A stretch of 64,000 nucleotides of DNA from an uncultured Candidatus Saccharibacteria bacterium. Its GTDB lineage: Bacteria > Patescibacteriota > Minisyncoccia > Phycocordibacterales > UBA6065. Positions 27,401-37,392 of this stretch are shown one piece after another. Below the pieces are notes generated by a model. It worked only from the letters and a program-made list of their open reading frames with translations. It did no database searches and had not been told where the DNA came from. How positions within the stretch are numbered: the first letter of the stretch is position 1; each line of letters opens with the position of its first letter. Both the position numbers and the translations under genes were made by a program. The DNA is taken from contig CAZLHP010000003.1 of the NCBI GenBank assembly GCA_964559755.1, forward strand, positions 10,465-74,464, written 5' to 3'.

Positions 27401-28615
27401 ATGTCAAAAAAAATATTTATAACACTCATACTTATCGCTCTCATCTCTCTTGTTTTTGGAGTATGGTTTTTAATGATGGACAAGAATCCAAACGATACGC
27501 TTAGCCAAACTGACGAAGAAAATCTTTTTCCTTTTGGACAAGGCGGAGTAAATACACCAATAAACCCCGGCACAACAAATCAGACAACTACTACTCCTGA
27601 CTTTGATTCAGACTATATACCTCGTTTGAGAAAAATATCAGAGACACCAGTAGCTGGGGGAGTCGTATTCACCAACAAACTCGGAACGATTATTCGTTAT
27701 GTTGAACGAGCGACAGGACATATCTTTGAAACATACAGCGATTCTATTGAAGTAAAAAGAATATCAAACACCACAATACCTAAAATAGAAGAAGCGTTGT
27801 GGTCAAATCAAGGTAACCAAGTACTTTTCCGTTATTTACGCGATGACAATCAAACAATTCGTACCTTCTATGCACGAATAAGCACCACAACTGTTCCGGA
27901 TCAGGCTATCGAGGGTATATTTCTCCCAGACAACATAGCAAAGATAAGCGTTTTTGGAGACAGAATGTTCTATACATCAAAAACAGAGACAGGATCAACA
28001 GGGATCATCGCAAACATTGATGGGACAAAGAAAACAGCACTCATAAACTCTCCCTTTAACACATGGAGTCACACATGGAGTCAACCAGGATCGGTTTTGC
28101 TTTTCCCGAGCCCAAGCTACCTAGCAACAGGATTCATCTACACCCTCAACACAGCGTCAGGTGAGTATATAAAAGTGAGCCCAGGGGCTCCTGGCCTCTC
28201 AGGACTCGGCAACAAAGACGGATCTCTCATACTTATGAGCGGTAAAAAAGGGTTAGGAGTAGGTACAGCTGTTCTCAACACAAAAACAGGAGAGACTACA
28301 AACCTTTCTCTACAAACAATGACCGACAAGTGCGTCTGGAGCACGCTTGATGCCGTAGTGCTCTACTGTGCAATCTCTCAAGCATTACCGCAAAACAACT
28401 ATCCTGATGCGTGGTACCAAGGAAAGGTAACTACCAATGACTCCGTTTGGAAAATAAACACCGAAACAGGGGACACCGAAGAAATACTTAGTCCTCAAAT
28501 AGAAGCCCTCGAAGAGATTGATATGGTAAACCTTTCTCTCGACGCACAAGAAAATGTCTTACTCTTCATCAACAAAAAAGACTTAACCTTGTGGGCATAC
28601 AGCCTTCGCTTCTAA
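27401..28615 (+). CDS. Membrane-anchored/secreted hypothetical protein (beta-propeller-like)
   Basis: ORF with an N-terminal TM; last gene of the cluster. Confidence 0.4.
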   Translation: MSKKIFITLILIALISLVFGVWFLMMDKNPNDTLSQTDEENLFPFGQGGVNTPINPGTTNQTTTTPDFDSDYIPRLRKISETPVAGGVVFTNKLGTIIRYVERATGHIFETYSDSIEVKRISNTTIPKIEEALWSNQGNQVLFRYLRDDNQTIRTFYARISTTTVPDQAIEGIFLPDNIAKISVFGDRMFYTSKTETGSTGIIANIDGTKKTALINSPFNTWSHTWSQPGSVLLFPSPSYLATGFIYTLNTASGEYIKVSPGAPGLSGLGNKDGSLILMSGKKGLGVGTAVLNTKTGETTNLSLQTMTDKCVWSTLDAVVLYCAISQALPQNNYPDAWYQGKVTTNDSVWKINTETGDTEEILSPQIEALEEIDMVNLSLDAQENVLLFINKKDLTLWAYSLRF

Positions 28616-28651
28616 ACAAAAAACCACTCGATCTCTCGAGTGGTTTTTTGT

Positions 28652-29419
28652 TTAGTTAATAGGAGCTAACTTCTCCTGATCTTTTTTAGATAATTCCTTT
28701 CTAACAAAAAGCTCTTGGAAGATGGTAAAGATATTACTTGTCGTCCAGTATATAGCGAGAGCACCGGCTGCGTGGTACGAAACAAAGAAAATAAAAAGAG
28801 GGAGGAAATATTTCATCTGAAGATTCATATTACGCGCCAAATCATCAGAAAAACTTGCCCCTTCTTTACGAGGTTGAGTTTTTGGAGAAGCAAGATATGC
28901 GTATATAAACTGTGTTATGCCGGCACAAAGCGCCAAAACATAACTTTTTTGTGTGACATCAAAGATACCGAGGAATATCTCATTTATAGCGGTAGGAACC
29001 TTAATAAAAGAATAGAGAATCTCTGTATTAAAAACCTCTAAACCATTGGAATAAAAAACTTTGTATAAAGCAAAAAGTATTGGGATCTGAATAAGGAGCA
29101 AGAGAATGCCAGAAAAAGGGTTTATATTCTTTGTTTTATAGTATTCCATCACCTTGAGAGCCTGCTCCTGTTTGTTTGGATATTTTTCTTTTATAGAACG
29201 AATGTCTTTATCAGAAAGCTTCATGATTATCTGAGTTCTCACAGCTTTACGCGTCAAAGGAAACAAAATAACTTTTACAAACAAAGTGAGAATTACCACA
29301 ACAATACCAACATCAGCCCACGGAAGGGCGCCTATGAGAAACACAAAACCATTATAAAGAGGGTCGAAAACAAACGTGTGATATAAATATGAAAACATAG
29401 AGTTAATACTACTGCACAT
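28652..29419 (-). CDS. yidC: Membrane protein insertase YidC/Oxa1 (short form)
   Basis: ILTLFVKVILFPLTRKAVRTQIIMKLSDKDIRSIKEKYPNKQEQALKVMEYYKTKNINPFSGILLLLIQIPILFALY; start set at the ATG at 29419. Confidence 0.8.
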   Translation of the reverse strand: MCSSINSMFSYLYHTFVFDPLYNGFVFLIGALPWADVGIVVVILTLFVKVILFPLTRKAVRTQIIMKLSDKDIRSIKEKYPNKQEQALKVMEYYKTKNINPFSGILLLLIQIPILFALYKVFYSNGLEVFNTEILYSFIKVPTAINEIFLGIFDVTQKSYVLALCAGITQFIYAYLASPKTQPRKEGASFSDDLARNMNLQMKYFLPLFIFFVSYHAAGALAIYWTTSNIFTIFQELFVRKELSKKDQEKLAPIN

Positions 29420-29448
29420 CAAACTATTCCTCAACAAAGAAACGAAAA

Positions 29449-29784
29449 CTAGAGAATTGAACCTTTTTTAAGAAGAGAAAGTAGCGTTTCTCTCATAGTA
29501 AACACGTCGAGATCTAGAGACTTCTTAACAACAAAAACAACGTCAAATGAGGGCTTAACCTCATCAAGAACCGAAAGAAGTACGTTATAACCGGCCCTGC
29601 GTATAGCATTTCTCTTTACAGCGGTCTTCACAGCTTTTGAAGAAACTGAGAAAGCAAAGCGTGTTGGCGCCGTATCTTGCCTTTTTATATACACGAGAGA
29701 AATCTCTTGTCCAAAGACGCTTTTCCCTGACGCAAATACGTTCTTAAGTAGGGAAGTAGTGAGTCTTCTATTTTTTACTAACAT
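29449..29784 (-). CDS. rnpA: Ribonuclease P protein component
   Basis: 111 aa basic protein; RNase P protein pattern; conserved rpmH-rnpA-yidC order. Confidence 0.8.
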   Translation of the reverse strand: MLVKNRRLTTSLLKNVFASGKSVFGQEISLVYIKRQDTAPTRFAFSVSSKAVKTAVKRNAIRRAGYNVLLSVLDEVKPSFDVVFVVKKSLDLDVFTMRETLLSLLKKGSIL

Positions 29785-29793
29785 AGTAGAGAA

Positions 29794-29928
29794 CTATACA
29801 CCGAGCTTCTTTCGGCCTTTGTGCATTCGTCTCTTTATAGTCTTTCGTCCTCCTTTGGTTTTAGTTCGAGAAAGGAAGCCGTGAGCACGAGCATGTTTTC
29901 TATTTTTTGGTTTATATACGATTGCCAT
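29794..29928 (-). CDS. rpmH: 50S ribosomal protein L34 (absent from the ORF track because it is under 60 aa)
   Basis: The reverse complement translates to MAIVYKPKNRKHARAHGFLSRTKTKGGRKTIKRRMHKGRKKLGV*. Confidence 0.85.
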   Translation of the reverse strand: MAIVYKPKNRKHARAHGFLSRTKTKGGRKTIKRRMHKGRKKLGV

Positions 29929-30079
29929 AAATGAATGGTTTATTTTAAAACAAAATCTTTCTGAACAAAAATATTCTTATTAACAGATTGTTCACATATT
30001 ATTAACATATTTACTCATTTTCCACAAGTATTAAAATTCCATTAAGCCTTTATACTTAGTCTCAACCAAACACACAACT

Positions 30080-31426
30080 ATGTCTGAAACAAAAAAAATT
30101 TGGGATGGTGTACTCGGTGAAATAGAACTCCAAGTTTCAAAAGCAAACTTCAACACATGGTTCAGGGATACTTTTATATCAAAAATAGACGATGGCGTGG
30201 TTCACGTTGCAGTGCCAAACGCTTTTGTACGAGACTGGCTCCTCAATAAATATCATAAATGCATCCTCAAGAGCTTGAGAGATAGCGGTAAAGACATCAG
30301 ATCTGTTGAATATAATATTTCTAAGTCGGATAGTAAAAAACAAGAAACCGAAATTATTCGAAAGGTTTCTCCTACAAACGAGCTTCCTCTTCAGGATTTT
30401 TATATAAACAAAGAAGACAATCTCAACCCTCGTTATACCTTTGAATCCTTTATTGTAGGGCCTTTCAACGAACTTGCTCACGCGGCATCACAAGCAGTGC
30501 TTAAAAAACCAGGTATTTCCTACAATCCGCTCTTCATTTATGGCGACACAGGAAGAGGAAAGACTCACCTCATCCAGTCAGTAGGGAACTATCTCAAAAA
30601 TAACGGCTCTAATTCAAAGGTTATTTATGTGACTTCAGAAAAATTTGTTGTTGATTACGTCAACGCTGTTCAAGGTGGAAAAATGAACCTTTTTAAAGAA
30701 AAGTATAGAAAATATGATGTGTTCATCATGGACGATACGCAATTTCTTTCAGGAAAAGAGAAATGCCAGGAAGAACTCTTTCACCTTTTCAATACTTTTT
30801 ACGACAATAATAAACAAATTATCTTTTCCTCTGATAGGCACCCGAACTATATAGATAATCTTGAGGATCGTCTCAAATCTCGTTTTGCTGCGGGTATGAT
30901 TGTTGATATTTCTGCACCAGATCATGAATCTCGTATGGCAATACTCAAAACAAAAGCTAAAGTTAACAATGTTTTTGTTGATGATCAGATTTTAGACTTC
31001 ATTGCTTCAAATATAGAAGGGAATATCCGTGAACTTGAGGGTATTTTCAACTCTATTGTGATGCAAACACAACTAAAACAGAGAACATTGAACCTTATTG
31101 AGGTAAAAAACCTTATAAAAGACTCCTCAAAACCAAAAAAGTCGCTCTCAGTGAAAGAAATAGTCAAAATAGTCTCTGATTATTACAACGTTGAAGAGAA
31201 TTTTATCTATGAAAAGACAAGAAAGAAGGAGATTGTTAAACCTAGGCAGATTATTATGTATCTTTTAAGAGAAGATATGAATATTTCATACCCTTCGATA
31301 GGAGAGAAGCTTGGTGGCAGAGACCACACGACTGTTATACACTCATGTGAGAAGATAAAAGAAGACATAAAGACAAACAACCTTCTTTCTCAGGAGTTAA
31401 GCCATATCCGCTCCCTCATGTTTTAA
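30080..31426 (+). CDS. dnaA: Chromosomal replication initiator DnaA
   Basis: N-terminal domain, AAA+ Walker A GDTGRGKTHL, and the C-terminal DNA-binding signature. Confidence 0.95.
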   Translation: MSETKKIWDGVLGEIELQVSKANFNTWFRDTFISKIDDGVVHVAVPNAFVRDWLLNKYHKCILKSLRDSGKDIRSVEYNISKSDSKKQETEIIRKVSPTNELPLQDFYINKEDNLNPRYTFESFIVGPFNELAHAASQAVLKKPGISYNPLFIYGDTGRGKTHLIQSVGNYLKNNGSNSKVIYVTSEKFVVDYVNAVQGGKMNLFKEKYRKYDVFIMDDTQFLSGKEKCQEELFHLFNTFYDNNKQIIFSSDRHPNYIDNLEDRLKSRFAAGMIVDISAPDHESRMAILKTKAKVNNVFVDDQILDFIASNIEGNIRELEGIFNSIVMQTQLKQRTLNLIEVKNLIKDSSKPKKSLSVKEIVKIVSDYYNVEENFIYEKTRKKEIVKPRQIIMYLLREDMNISYPSIGEKLGGRDHTTVIHSCEKIKEDIKTNNLLSQELSHIRSLMF

Positions 31427-31656
31427 GTGGATAACCTTGGGGATAAGTATGTGGATTGCTGTGAATTAACCTGGGTATGAAATGTTGAGTACTGACCCTT
31501 TATTCACAGAGTAAAAAATCATCCACTTTATCAACGTTTTTTATGCACAGTGAGGTAGGGTATAAAACAATCGAAAAGTGCTTAAAAATAAGGCTTTGAG
31601 AGCTATCCCCACAAGTCACAGGTATTATAATAATAATAGACTTATATAATAAGATT
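31427..31656 (+). promoter_or_regulatory. Putative oriC: DnaA-box cluster plus an AT-rich unwinding element between dnaA and dnaN
   Basis: Boxes agtggataa (revcomp TTATCCACT), ttattcaca, ttatgcaca, tatccccaca, tgtggattg; AT-rich ttataataataatagacttatataataa next to dnaN; a TTTTCCACA box also upstream of dnaA at about 30019. Confidence 0.6.
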
Positions 31657-32757
31657 ATGAAGCTAGACTGTGTAAAAGAAAAAATCACCGAAGGAATCAA
31701 TCGAGTTGAGAAGACTACGGGAAAGAATCTCAATCTTCCTATTCTTTCTTGCGTACTTCTCAAAACTGATAAGAATAATCTTATTATCAGATCAACTAAT
31801 CTTGATATTGGTGTTGAAGTTTCAATACCTGCAAAAGTTCATAGAGAAGGAAGTGTTGCTGTTTCAGGATCAATCCTTGCTTCTTTCTTGGCATGTGTAA
31901 AAAATGAAAAAAACATTACCCTCGAACTTGTTGATGGTAATTTGGTTATAAAAACAAATTCTTTATCAACAACAATAAAAGCTCAATCTTCTGAAGATTT
32001 TCCTACACTACCTCAAGTAGGGAAGGAAAAGACTTTTACAATAAACCCTGCTGTTTTTGTAACAGGATTAAAACATGTTTGGTACGCAGCTTCTCATTCA
32101 ACAGTAAAGCCAGAACTCGCTAGTGTATACGTACACCCGTATGACGACTCTCTTGTTTTTGTTTCAACAGACTCTTTTCGCTTGGCTGAGAAAAAAATGC
32201 GTGCCAAAGACGTAAAAGACTTTACTCCTGTTATTATTCCTTCAAAAAACATAGGCGATATTATACGTATCCTTGAAACCGTTGATGAGGATGTTGAAAT
32301 TTTGTTTGATAAAAATCAAATTGCTTTCGAAGCTTCTGGTTTGTATCTCGTCTCACGAGTTATTGATGGAACATTTCCTGATTATCGACAAATTATTCCT
32401 AAAAATCATTCCACGGAAGTTATTGCGCTCAAAGCTGACGTTGTCGACTCGTTTAAAGGCTCAAATATCTTCTCAGACAAGTTTAATCAGATACACATGA
32501 CAGTTCTACCGCATGACAAGGTTTTTGAGATTAAAACGAACAACAGCGACATTGGAGAGTATGTTCAAAAAGTAGATTCTTCTCTTTCTGGTGAAAATAT
32601 TGAAATGAACTTTAATCACAAATATATTGCAGATTCTTTTCAATCTCTCGATTCAGATAGTATCTCCTTTACTTTTAATGGACAAAATAAGCCTTTGATC
32701 ATTCAGGGAGTATCTGACAAGTCCTTTTTGTACCTTGTAATGCCTATGAATAAATAG
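31657..32757 (+). CDS. dnaN: DNA polymerase III beta sliding clamp
   Basis: 366 aa with the three-domain clamp pattern; conserved dnaA-dnaN synteny. Confidence 0.9.
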   Translation: MKLDCVKEKITEGINRVEKTTGKNLNLPILSCVLLKTDKNNLIIRSTNLDIGVEVSIPAKVHREGSVAVSGSILASFLACVKNEKNITLELVDGNLVIKTNSLSTTIKAQSSEDFPTLPQVGKEKTFTINPAVFVTGLKHVWYAASHSTVKPELASVYVHPYDDSLVFVSTDSFRLAEKKMRAKDVKDFTPVIIPSKNIGDIIRILETVDEDVEILFDKNQIAFEASGLYLVSRVIDGTFPDYRQIIPKNHSTEVIALKADVVDSFKGSNIFSDKFNQIHMTVLPHDKVFEIKTNNSDIGEYVQKVDSSLSGENIEMNFNHKYIADSFQSLDSDSISFTFNGQNKPLIIQGVSDKSFLYLVMPMNK

Positions 32758-32761
32758 GAAT

Positions 32762-33013
32762 ATGTTTAATGTTCAGGACTATTTAGCAAAGTTTTTAAAA
32801 CTAGGTGCTCACCACGAGCTTGCGCATAAGGTTTTCAATGAGGTTGTTGCTTCTTTTTTCTCTCTACCGGTTTCCGCAATAAAATTTACTTACAAAGACG
32901 GTATTTTTATTCTTTCTTGTTCTCCTGCAATAAAAAATGCTCTTTTCGTTAAAAAGAGCATTCTTATGGAGGAAATAACAAAGAGAGGTGTTAAGGTTTT
33001 TGATATTCGTTAG
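32762..33013 (+). CDS. Small protein after dnaN, possibly DUF721/DciA-like
   Basis: 83 aa; GIFILSCSPAIKNALFVKKSILMEEI resembles the DUF721 core; position next to dnaN is typical. Confidence 0.3.
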   Translation: MFNVQDYLAKFLKLGAHHELAHKVFNEVVASFFSLPVSAIKFTYKDGIFILSCSPAIKNALFVKKSILMEEITKRGVKVFDIR

Positions 33014-35535
33014 TTCGTTGTTGAGAATTGAAGCGTTTTTTCACCTCTGTTGTATACGTTGTCTATTCCAATTATTTTTATTTCATTACTTTTTTGAAGA
33101 TTCGGTAGGTCGGCCACTTGTAGTGTTGTGGTGAATGGACTTGTTAGTGTTGAAATATACGCACCGTTTACATAGATCATTACTTTTGAGAGGGGATACC
33201 TTCCTTGAGAAGACACAGTGAACTGAATTTTTTGATTAACAACCATTCCGTCTTGAAGGTTTGAAACGTTTAGTTTAGGACTAGCTTCTGGGGTATGGAT
33301 ATCATCACTTAGTTGAGGTTCTTTGAAGTCTACTTGATCTGGGTAGTTATTTTTCTCTGCCCATAGTCGTACAGCACCTTCCCATTTCTCAAACTGAGGG
33401 TCTTTATCAGGATTAACCGGTTGTGCACCGTGAGGATCGTCTTTGTTTATCCAATAGAGAATAGAGTGCACTTCTTGTATAACTTCTTCCTTTCTTGTTT
33501 CTTCTGGAGTGTATTCAGTGGCCTTTTTTCCACTAATCGTATCTATTTCATAGGTACGGCCACCTTTCCAAATACCTCTAAAAACAGGTTTCAAGTCTCT
33601 TTCAGGAACAGATGGTTTTTTAAAGTTTTCCTGTGGGTACTGAGAGAGAACATAGCGCATAAATTCATTCCATAGAGGAGCAACTATTTGTCCGGCAACT
33701 TTCTTTTCCATAGGTGTGTTGTCATTGTTACCTGCCCAAACACCAAGAACGAGGTAGGGGGTGTATCCAAGTGTCCATGCGTCTTTGTAATCGTTTGTTG
33801 TTCCTGTTTTTACAGCAACATCATATCCTGGAAAATGTAGGAGAGAGTTTCTACCGTATGATGCGGTACGTGCTTCGTTGTCACTCAAAACATCTGATAT
33901 TGTTTGGGCAACGTAGGCAGGAAGAACCTCTTTTCGAGTTGTTGTTTTTTCAAACAGGATGTCTCCTCGGTTATTTTCGACACGCTCGATTGGTTGATAA
34001 GGCACTCGTACTCCGTTGTTTGCAAACACTCCATAAGCACTTGTGAGATCGAGTAGGGAAACCTCTCCACCTCCAAGAACGAGAGTAAGTCCGTACTGAT
34101 TTGCATCACTGAGGCCTGTTATTCCCATGTTTTTTGCTAAAGCAAGGGCTTCTTTTATGCCAACCAAATAAAGGGTTTTTATTGCAGGTATGTTGATAGA
34201 CTGAGCGAGAGCTTCTCGTAGGGTGATGGGGCCTCTAAAGAGATCATCATAGTTTCCTGGTTTATAACAAATTTTCTCATCTGTTTCTGGAGGAAGAGGT
34301 TTTCCTTCAGCGTCACATCTACTACTGAATTCAGTTTCCACATCAAAAAGAACTGTTTCTGGTGTATAGCCTTCGAGGAAAGCTTGAGCGTATACAATTG
34401 GTTTAAAGGTTGATCCTGGCTGTCTGCTCGCTGTTGATACATTGAAGTTTCCATCAATTTCTTTGTCAAAGTAGTCTCGTGAGCCGACCATAGACAAAAT
34501 GTCTCCTGTTTTTGGGTCGAGCGCTATGAGTGCAGCGTTTTCAGCGTTGAACTTCTCTTTGTTTTCAAGCGCTTTTCTCTTTACGATTTCTTCTGCTTTG
34601 ACTTGAAGATCATAATCAAGAGTGGTTATAACCTTTAGTCCGCCATTTTCTATCATATCCTGCCCGTATTTTTGTTCAAGGATTTCTTTTACAAAGAGGA
34701 CAAAGTGAGGAGCCTTTATTCCGAATTCATTCTTGGGTAGAAATTCAACTTTTTCATTCAAGGCTCCTGTGTACTCAGTATCAGAGATAAAACCATTTTC
34801 TTTCATTCTTTTTAGAACGAGATTTTTTCTCTCTTCAAGTTTGTCTGTGTTTTTCCCGTATGGTGAGTAGAATGTTGTTGCCTGGGGGATTGCGGCAAGG
34901 TATGCAGCTTGGGCGAGGGTCACATCTTTTGCACTTACTCCAAAAAACTGACTACTCGCTTCTTCTACGCCGTACATGCTTCCGCCATAAGAGGTTTCGT
35001 TGAGGTAAATACCGAGAATCTCGTCTTTCGATACAACTCGTTCTAGTTTGAGTGCGAGTACCCACTCTTTTAGTTTTCGTGAGATTTGCTTGTCTTTTGT
35101 AAGAAGCGCGTTTTTAACAACCTGTTGGGTTATTGTCGAACCTCCTTGTCCGTATGATCCTGTGACAAGATTGGCAAGTACCGCACGAAGAAAGGAGAGG
35201 GGGCGTATACCGTTGTGTTCGTAGAATTGGTCATCTTCTATGGCAACAGTCGCATTTTTTATATTTCGGGAGATGTCTCCAAAAGGAATAACCGTTCTTT
35301 TTGTTCCTTGAAATACATCGTAGAGTAATATTTTACCCGTTCGATCGTATATTTTTGTTGACTCAGAAACTTTTCGTTGCTCGAAAGAACTCAGATCTGG
35401 CAACTTGAACGTGGATATCCACAACAGGAAAATACCAACACTCACAAGGAGTAGGCTTAAGCTGATGAAAAAAAAGGGGTGCTTATGAAATTCTTTACTA
35501 AACAGAGAGCGAGAGGTCTTCATAACTTGATACAA
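33010..35535 (-). CDS. Bifunctional penicillin-binding protein 1A (glycosyltransferase plus transpeptidase) with a C-terminal extension
   Basis: GT51 motifs (AIEDDQFYEHNGI, GGSTITQQ) and transpeptidase SxxK/SxN/KTG motifs. Confidence 0.85.
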   Translation of the reverse strand: MYQVMKTSRSLFSKEFHKHPFFFISLSLLLVSVGIFLLWISTFKLPDLSSFEQRKVSESTKIYDRTGKILLYDVFQGTKRTVIPFGDISRNIKNATVAIEDDQFYEHNGIRPLSFLRAVLANLVTGSYGQGGSTITQQVVKNALLTKDKQISRKLKEWVLALKLERVVSKDEILGIYLNETSYGGSMYGVEEASSQFFGVSAKDVTLAQAAYLAAIPQATTFYSPYGKNTDKLEERKNLVLKRMKENGFISDTEYTGALNEKVEFLPKNEFGIKAPHFVLFVKEILEQKYGQDMIENGGLKVITTLDYDLQVKAEEIVKRKALENKEKFNAENAALIALDPKTGDILSMVGSRDYFDKEIDGNFNVSTASRQPGSTFKPIVYAQAFLEGYTPETVLFDVETEFSSRCDAEGKPLPPETDEKICYKPGNYDDLFRGPITLREALAQSINIPAIKTLYLVGIKEALALAKNMGITGLSDANQYGLTLVLGGGEVSLLDLTSAYGVFANNGVRVPYQPIERVENNRGDILFEKTTTRKEVLPAYVAQTISDVLSDNEARTASYGRNSLLHFPGYDVAVKTGTTNDYKDAWTLGYTPYLVLGVWAGNNDNTPMEKKVAGQIVAPLWNEFMRYVLSQYPQENFKKPSVPERDLKPVFRGIWKGGRTYEIDTISGKKATEYTPEETRKEEVIQEVHSILYWINKDDPHGAQPVNPDKDPQFEKWEGAVRLWAEKNNYPDQVDFKEPQLSDDIHTPEASPKLNVSNLQDGMVVNQKIQFTVSSQGRYPLSKVMIYVNGAYISTLTSPFTTTLQVADLPNLQKSNEIKIIGIDNVYNRGEKTLQFSTTN

Positions 35536-35596
35536 AATAACATCAAAAACACTCTCTTACAAGACAGAATTAACATTTTTTGATACATTTCTCTAT

Positions 35597-36820
35597 ATGA
35601 TATTCACCAGTAAAACAAAAATAATTGTAGAAGAGGCAAAAATTGATGAGTTTCTAACTCGGTCGGTAGAAAAAGTGTATCCGAGCGCAGATTTTTTAAA
35701 GAAGACACTTTTATTAGGGAAACAACTTTCTTTTTATTTTGGGATTGATCCGACGGGGCCATCTATACATATTGGACATGTTATTCCACTTTTAGCCCTA
35801 GCGCGTCTTCAAAAGCTTGGACACAAAGTCACTCTTCTTATAGGTGATTTTACAGCAATGATTGGGGACCCTGATAAGCTATCAACAAGAGAGCCTCTAA
35901 GTAAAAAACAAGTTTTAGCTAATTTAAAAGATTATAAAAAACAAGCCTCTAGAATTATTGACTTTCACGGAGCGAATAAGGCCAACATTGTTTTTAATAG
36001 TAAGTGGCTTTCAAAAATGAATTTCGAAGATGTTCTTTCTCTTGCTTCTAAAATGACCCTTCAGCAAATGATTGAAAGGGACCTGTTTGATAAACGCATA
36101 AAAGAAGGTAGGCCAGTTTATCTTCATGAGTTTATGTATCCTTTAATGCAGGGTTACGACAGTGTTTCCCTACAGACGGACGGGGAAATAGGAGGTAATG
36201 ATCAAACTTTTAATATGCTTACCGGTAGAAATCTAGAAAAAGAGATTCTAGGTAAAGAAAAGTTTGTTTTGACCACAAAACTACTTACTGATTCTTCTGG
36301 TAAAAAAATGGGTAAGTCTGAAGGAAACATGGTTGCTTTATTAGATAAACCATCGGATGTTTTTGGAAAAATTATGAGTTGGGGTGATGGCTCCATTGTT
36401 CCCGCCTTGGAGTACTGTACAACATTGCCAATGTCAGAAATTGAAAAAACAAAGGATAATCTTGCAAAAGGTTTAAATCCTCGCGATGAAAAGAAAAAAC
36501 TTGCTTATGCAATAACTGAGCTTTGTTTTGGTCCTAAGGATGCTCAGTATGCTATGGAAATTTTTGAAAAGACTTTTCAAAAAAAAGAAATTCTTGATGA
36601 TGTTCCTGAGATTGTTGCTGCTGCTGGGGACGACATTGGTGCCCTTTTAATTGAAAAAGGTTTTGTCTCATCGAAAACAGAATTACGGAGACTTGCTTCG
36701 TTTGGAGCAATCACTGAGGTTGGTAAAAATAAAAAGATTACTCAAGAAGAAATTTCAACTATTAAAGATGGTACATATAAAATTGGGAAACATCGTTTTG
36801 TAAAAATAATAATAAAATAA
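35597..36820 (+). CDS. tyrS: Tyrosyl-tRNA synthetase
   Basis: Class I HIGH (PTGPSIHIGH) and KMGKS motifs; C-terminal S4-like domain. Confidence 0.8.
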   Translation: MIFTSKTKIIVEEAKIDEFLTRSVEKVYPSADFLKKTLLLGKQLSFYFGIDPTGPSIHIGHVIPLLALARLQKLGHKVTLLIGDFTAMIGDPDKLSTREPLSKKQVLANLKDYKKQASRIIDFHGANKANIVFNSKWLSKMNFEDVLSLASKMTLQQMIERDLFDKRIKEGRPVYLHEFMYPLMQGYDSVSLQTDGEIGGNDQTFNMLTGRNLEKEILGKEKFVLTTKLLTDSSGKKMGKSEGNMVALLDKPSDVFGKIMSWGDGSIVPALEYCTTLPMSEIEKTKDNLAKGLNPRDEKKKLAYAITELCFGPKDAQYAMEIFEKTFQKKEILDDVPEIVAAAGDDIGALLIEKGFVSSKTELRRLASFGAITEVGKNKKITQEEISTIKDGTYKIGKHRFVKIIIK

Positions 36821-36850
36821 AAAAACCGCTTTTAAGCGGTTTTTTTGTTA
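36821..36850. terminator. Bidirectional terminator between tyrS and the convergent acidic-protein gene
   Basis: aaaaaaccgctt-ttaa-gcggtttttttg. Confidence 0.65.
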
Positions 36851-37069
36851 CCAACTGTCTGCGCCATCATCTTCCTCTGAGTCGAGAGGGTCTTCCTCCT
36901 CATCGTCATCATCTGCGCCATAGTAGGTGTCATGGAGATCATCACCGTCGTCGCTTGTAACCTTTTTGGGATCAAAATCGTCCTCCTCTTCTTTTTCTTC
37001 CTCTTCTGGTTTTACGACTTTTTTATCCTCATCTTCCGGTAATTCTTTTTTATCTTTTTTGTGTGGCAT
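36848..37069 (-). CDS. Highly acidic 73 aa hypothetical protein
   Basis: ORF; D/E-rich low complexity. Confidence 0.3.
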   Translation of the reverse strand: MPHKKDKKELPEDEDKKVVKPEEEEKEEEDDFDPKKVTSDDGDDLHDTYYGADDDDEEEDPLDSEEDDGADSW

Positions 37070-37167
37070 ATAACAGTCAGTGTTTAATTTTTTTACGGGA
37101 CGAATCTATTTTTAGCAGATTCGTTTTTGTTTGTGAAGACCCACGCTCTGTGGAAAAGTTTTTTCAA

Positions 37168-37392
37168 AAAGCCGGAGCCTGACGAGGCGAGGATGGGTCG
37201 CAGAAATTTTCACCAGAAAATTATCTGTGACAGCGAGTTCGTTAGAACCGCTCACTTGCGAAGCACGTGAGATATGGGGTGGGTCCCATATCGTAAAGCC
37301 GGAGCCTGACGAGGCGAGGATGGGTCGCAGAAATTTTCACCAGAAAATTATCTGTGACAGCGAGTTCGTTAGAACCGCTCACTTGCGAAGCA
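37168..37392. repeat. Perfect 98 nt tandem direct repeat (copies 37168-37265 and 37295-37392, 29 nt spacer); copy 2 contains the last 8 codons of ruvC
   Basis: Both copies read aaagccggagcctgacgaggcgaggatgggtcgcagaaattttcaccagaaaattatctgtgacagcgagttcgttagaaccgctcacttgcgaagca. Confidence 0.7.
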
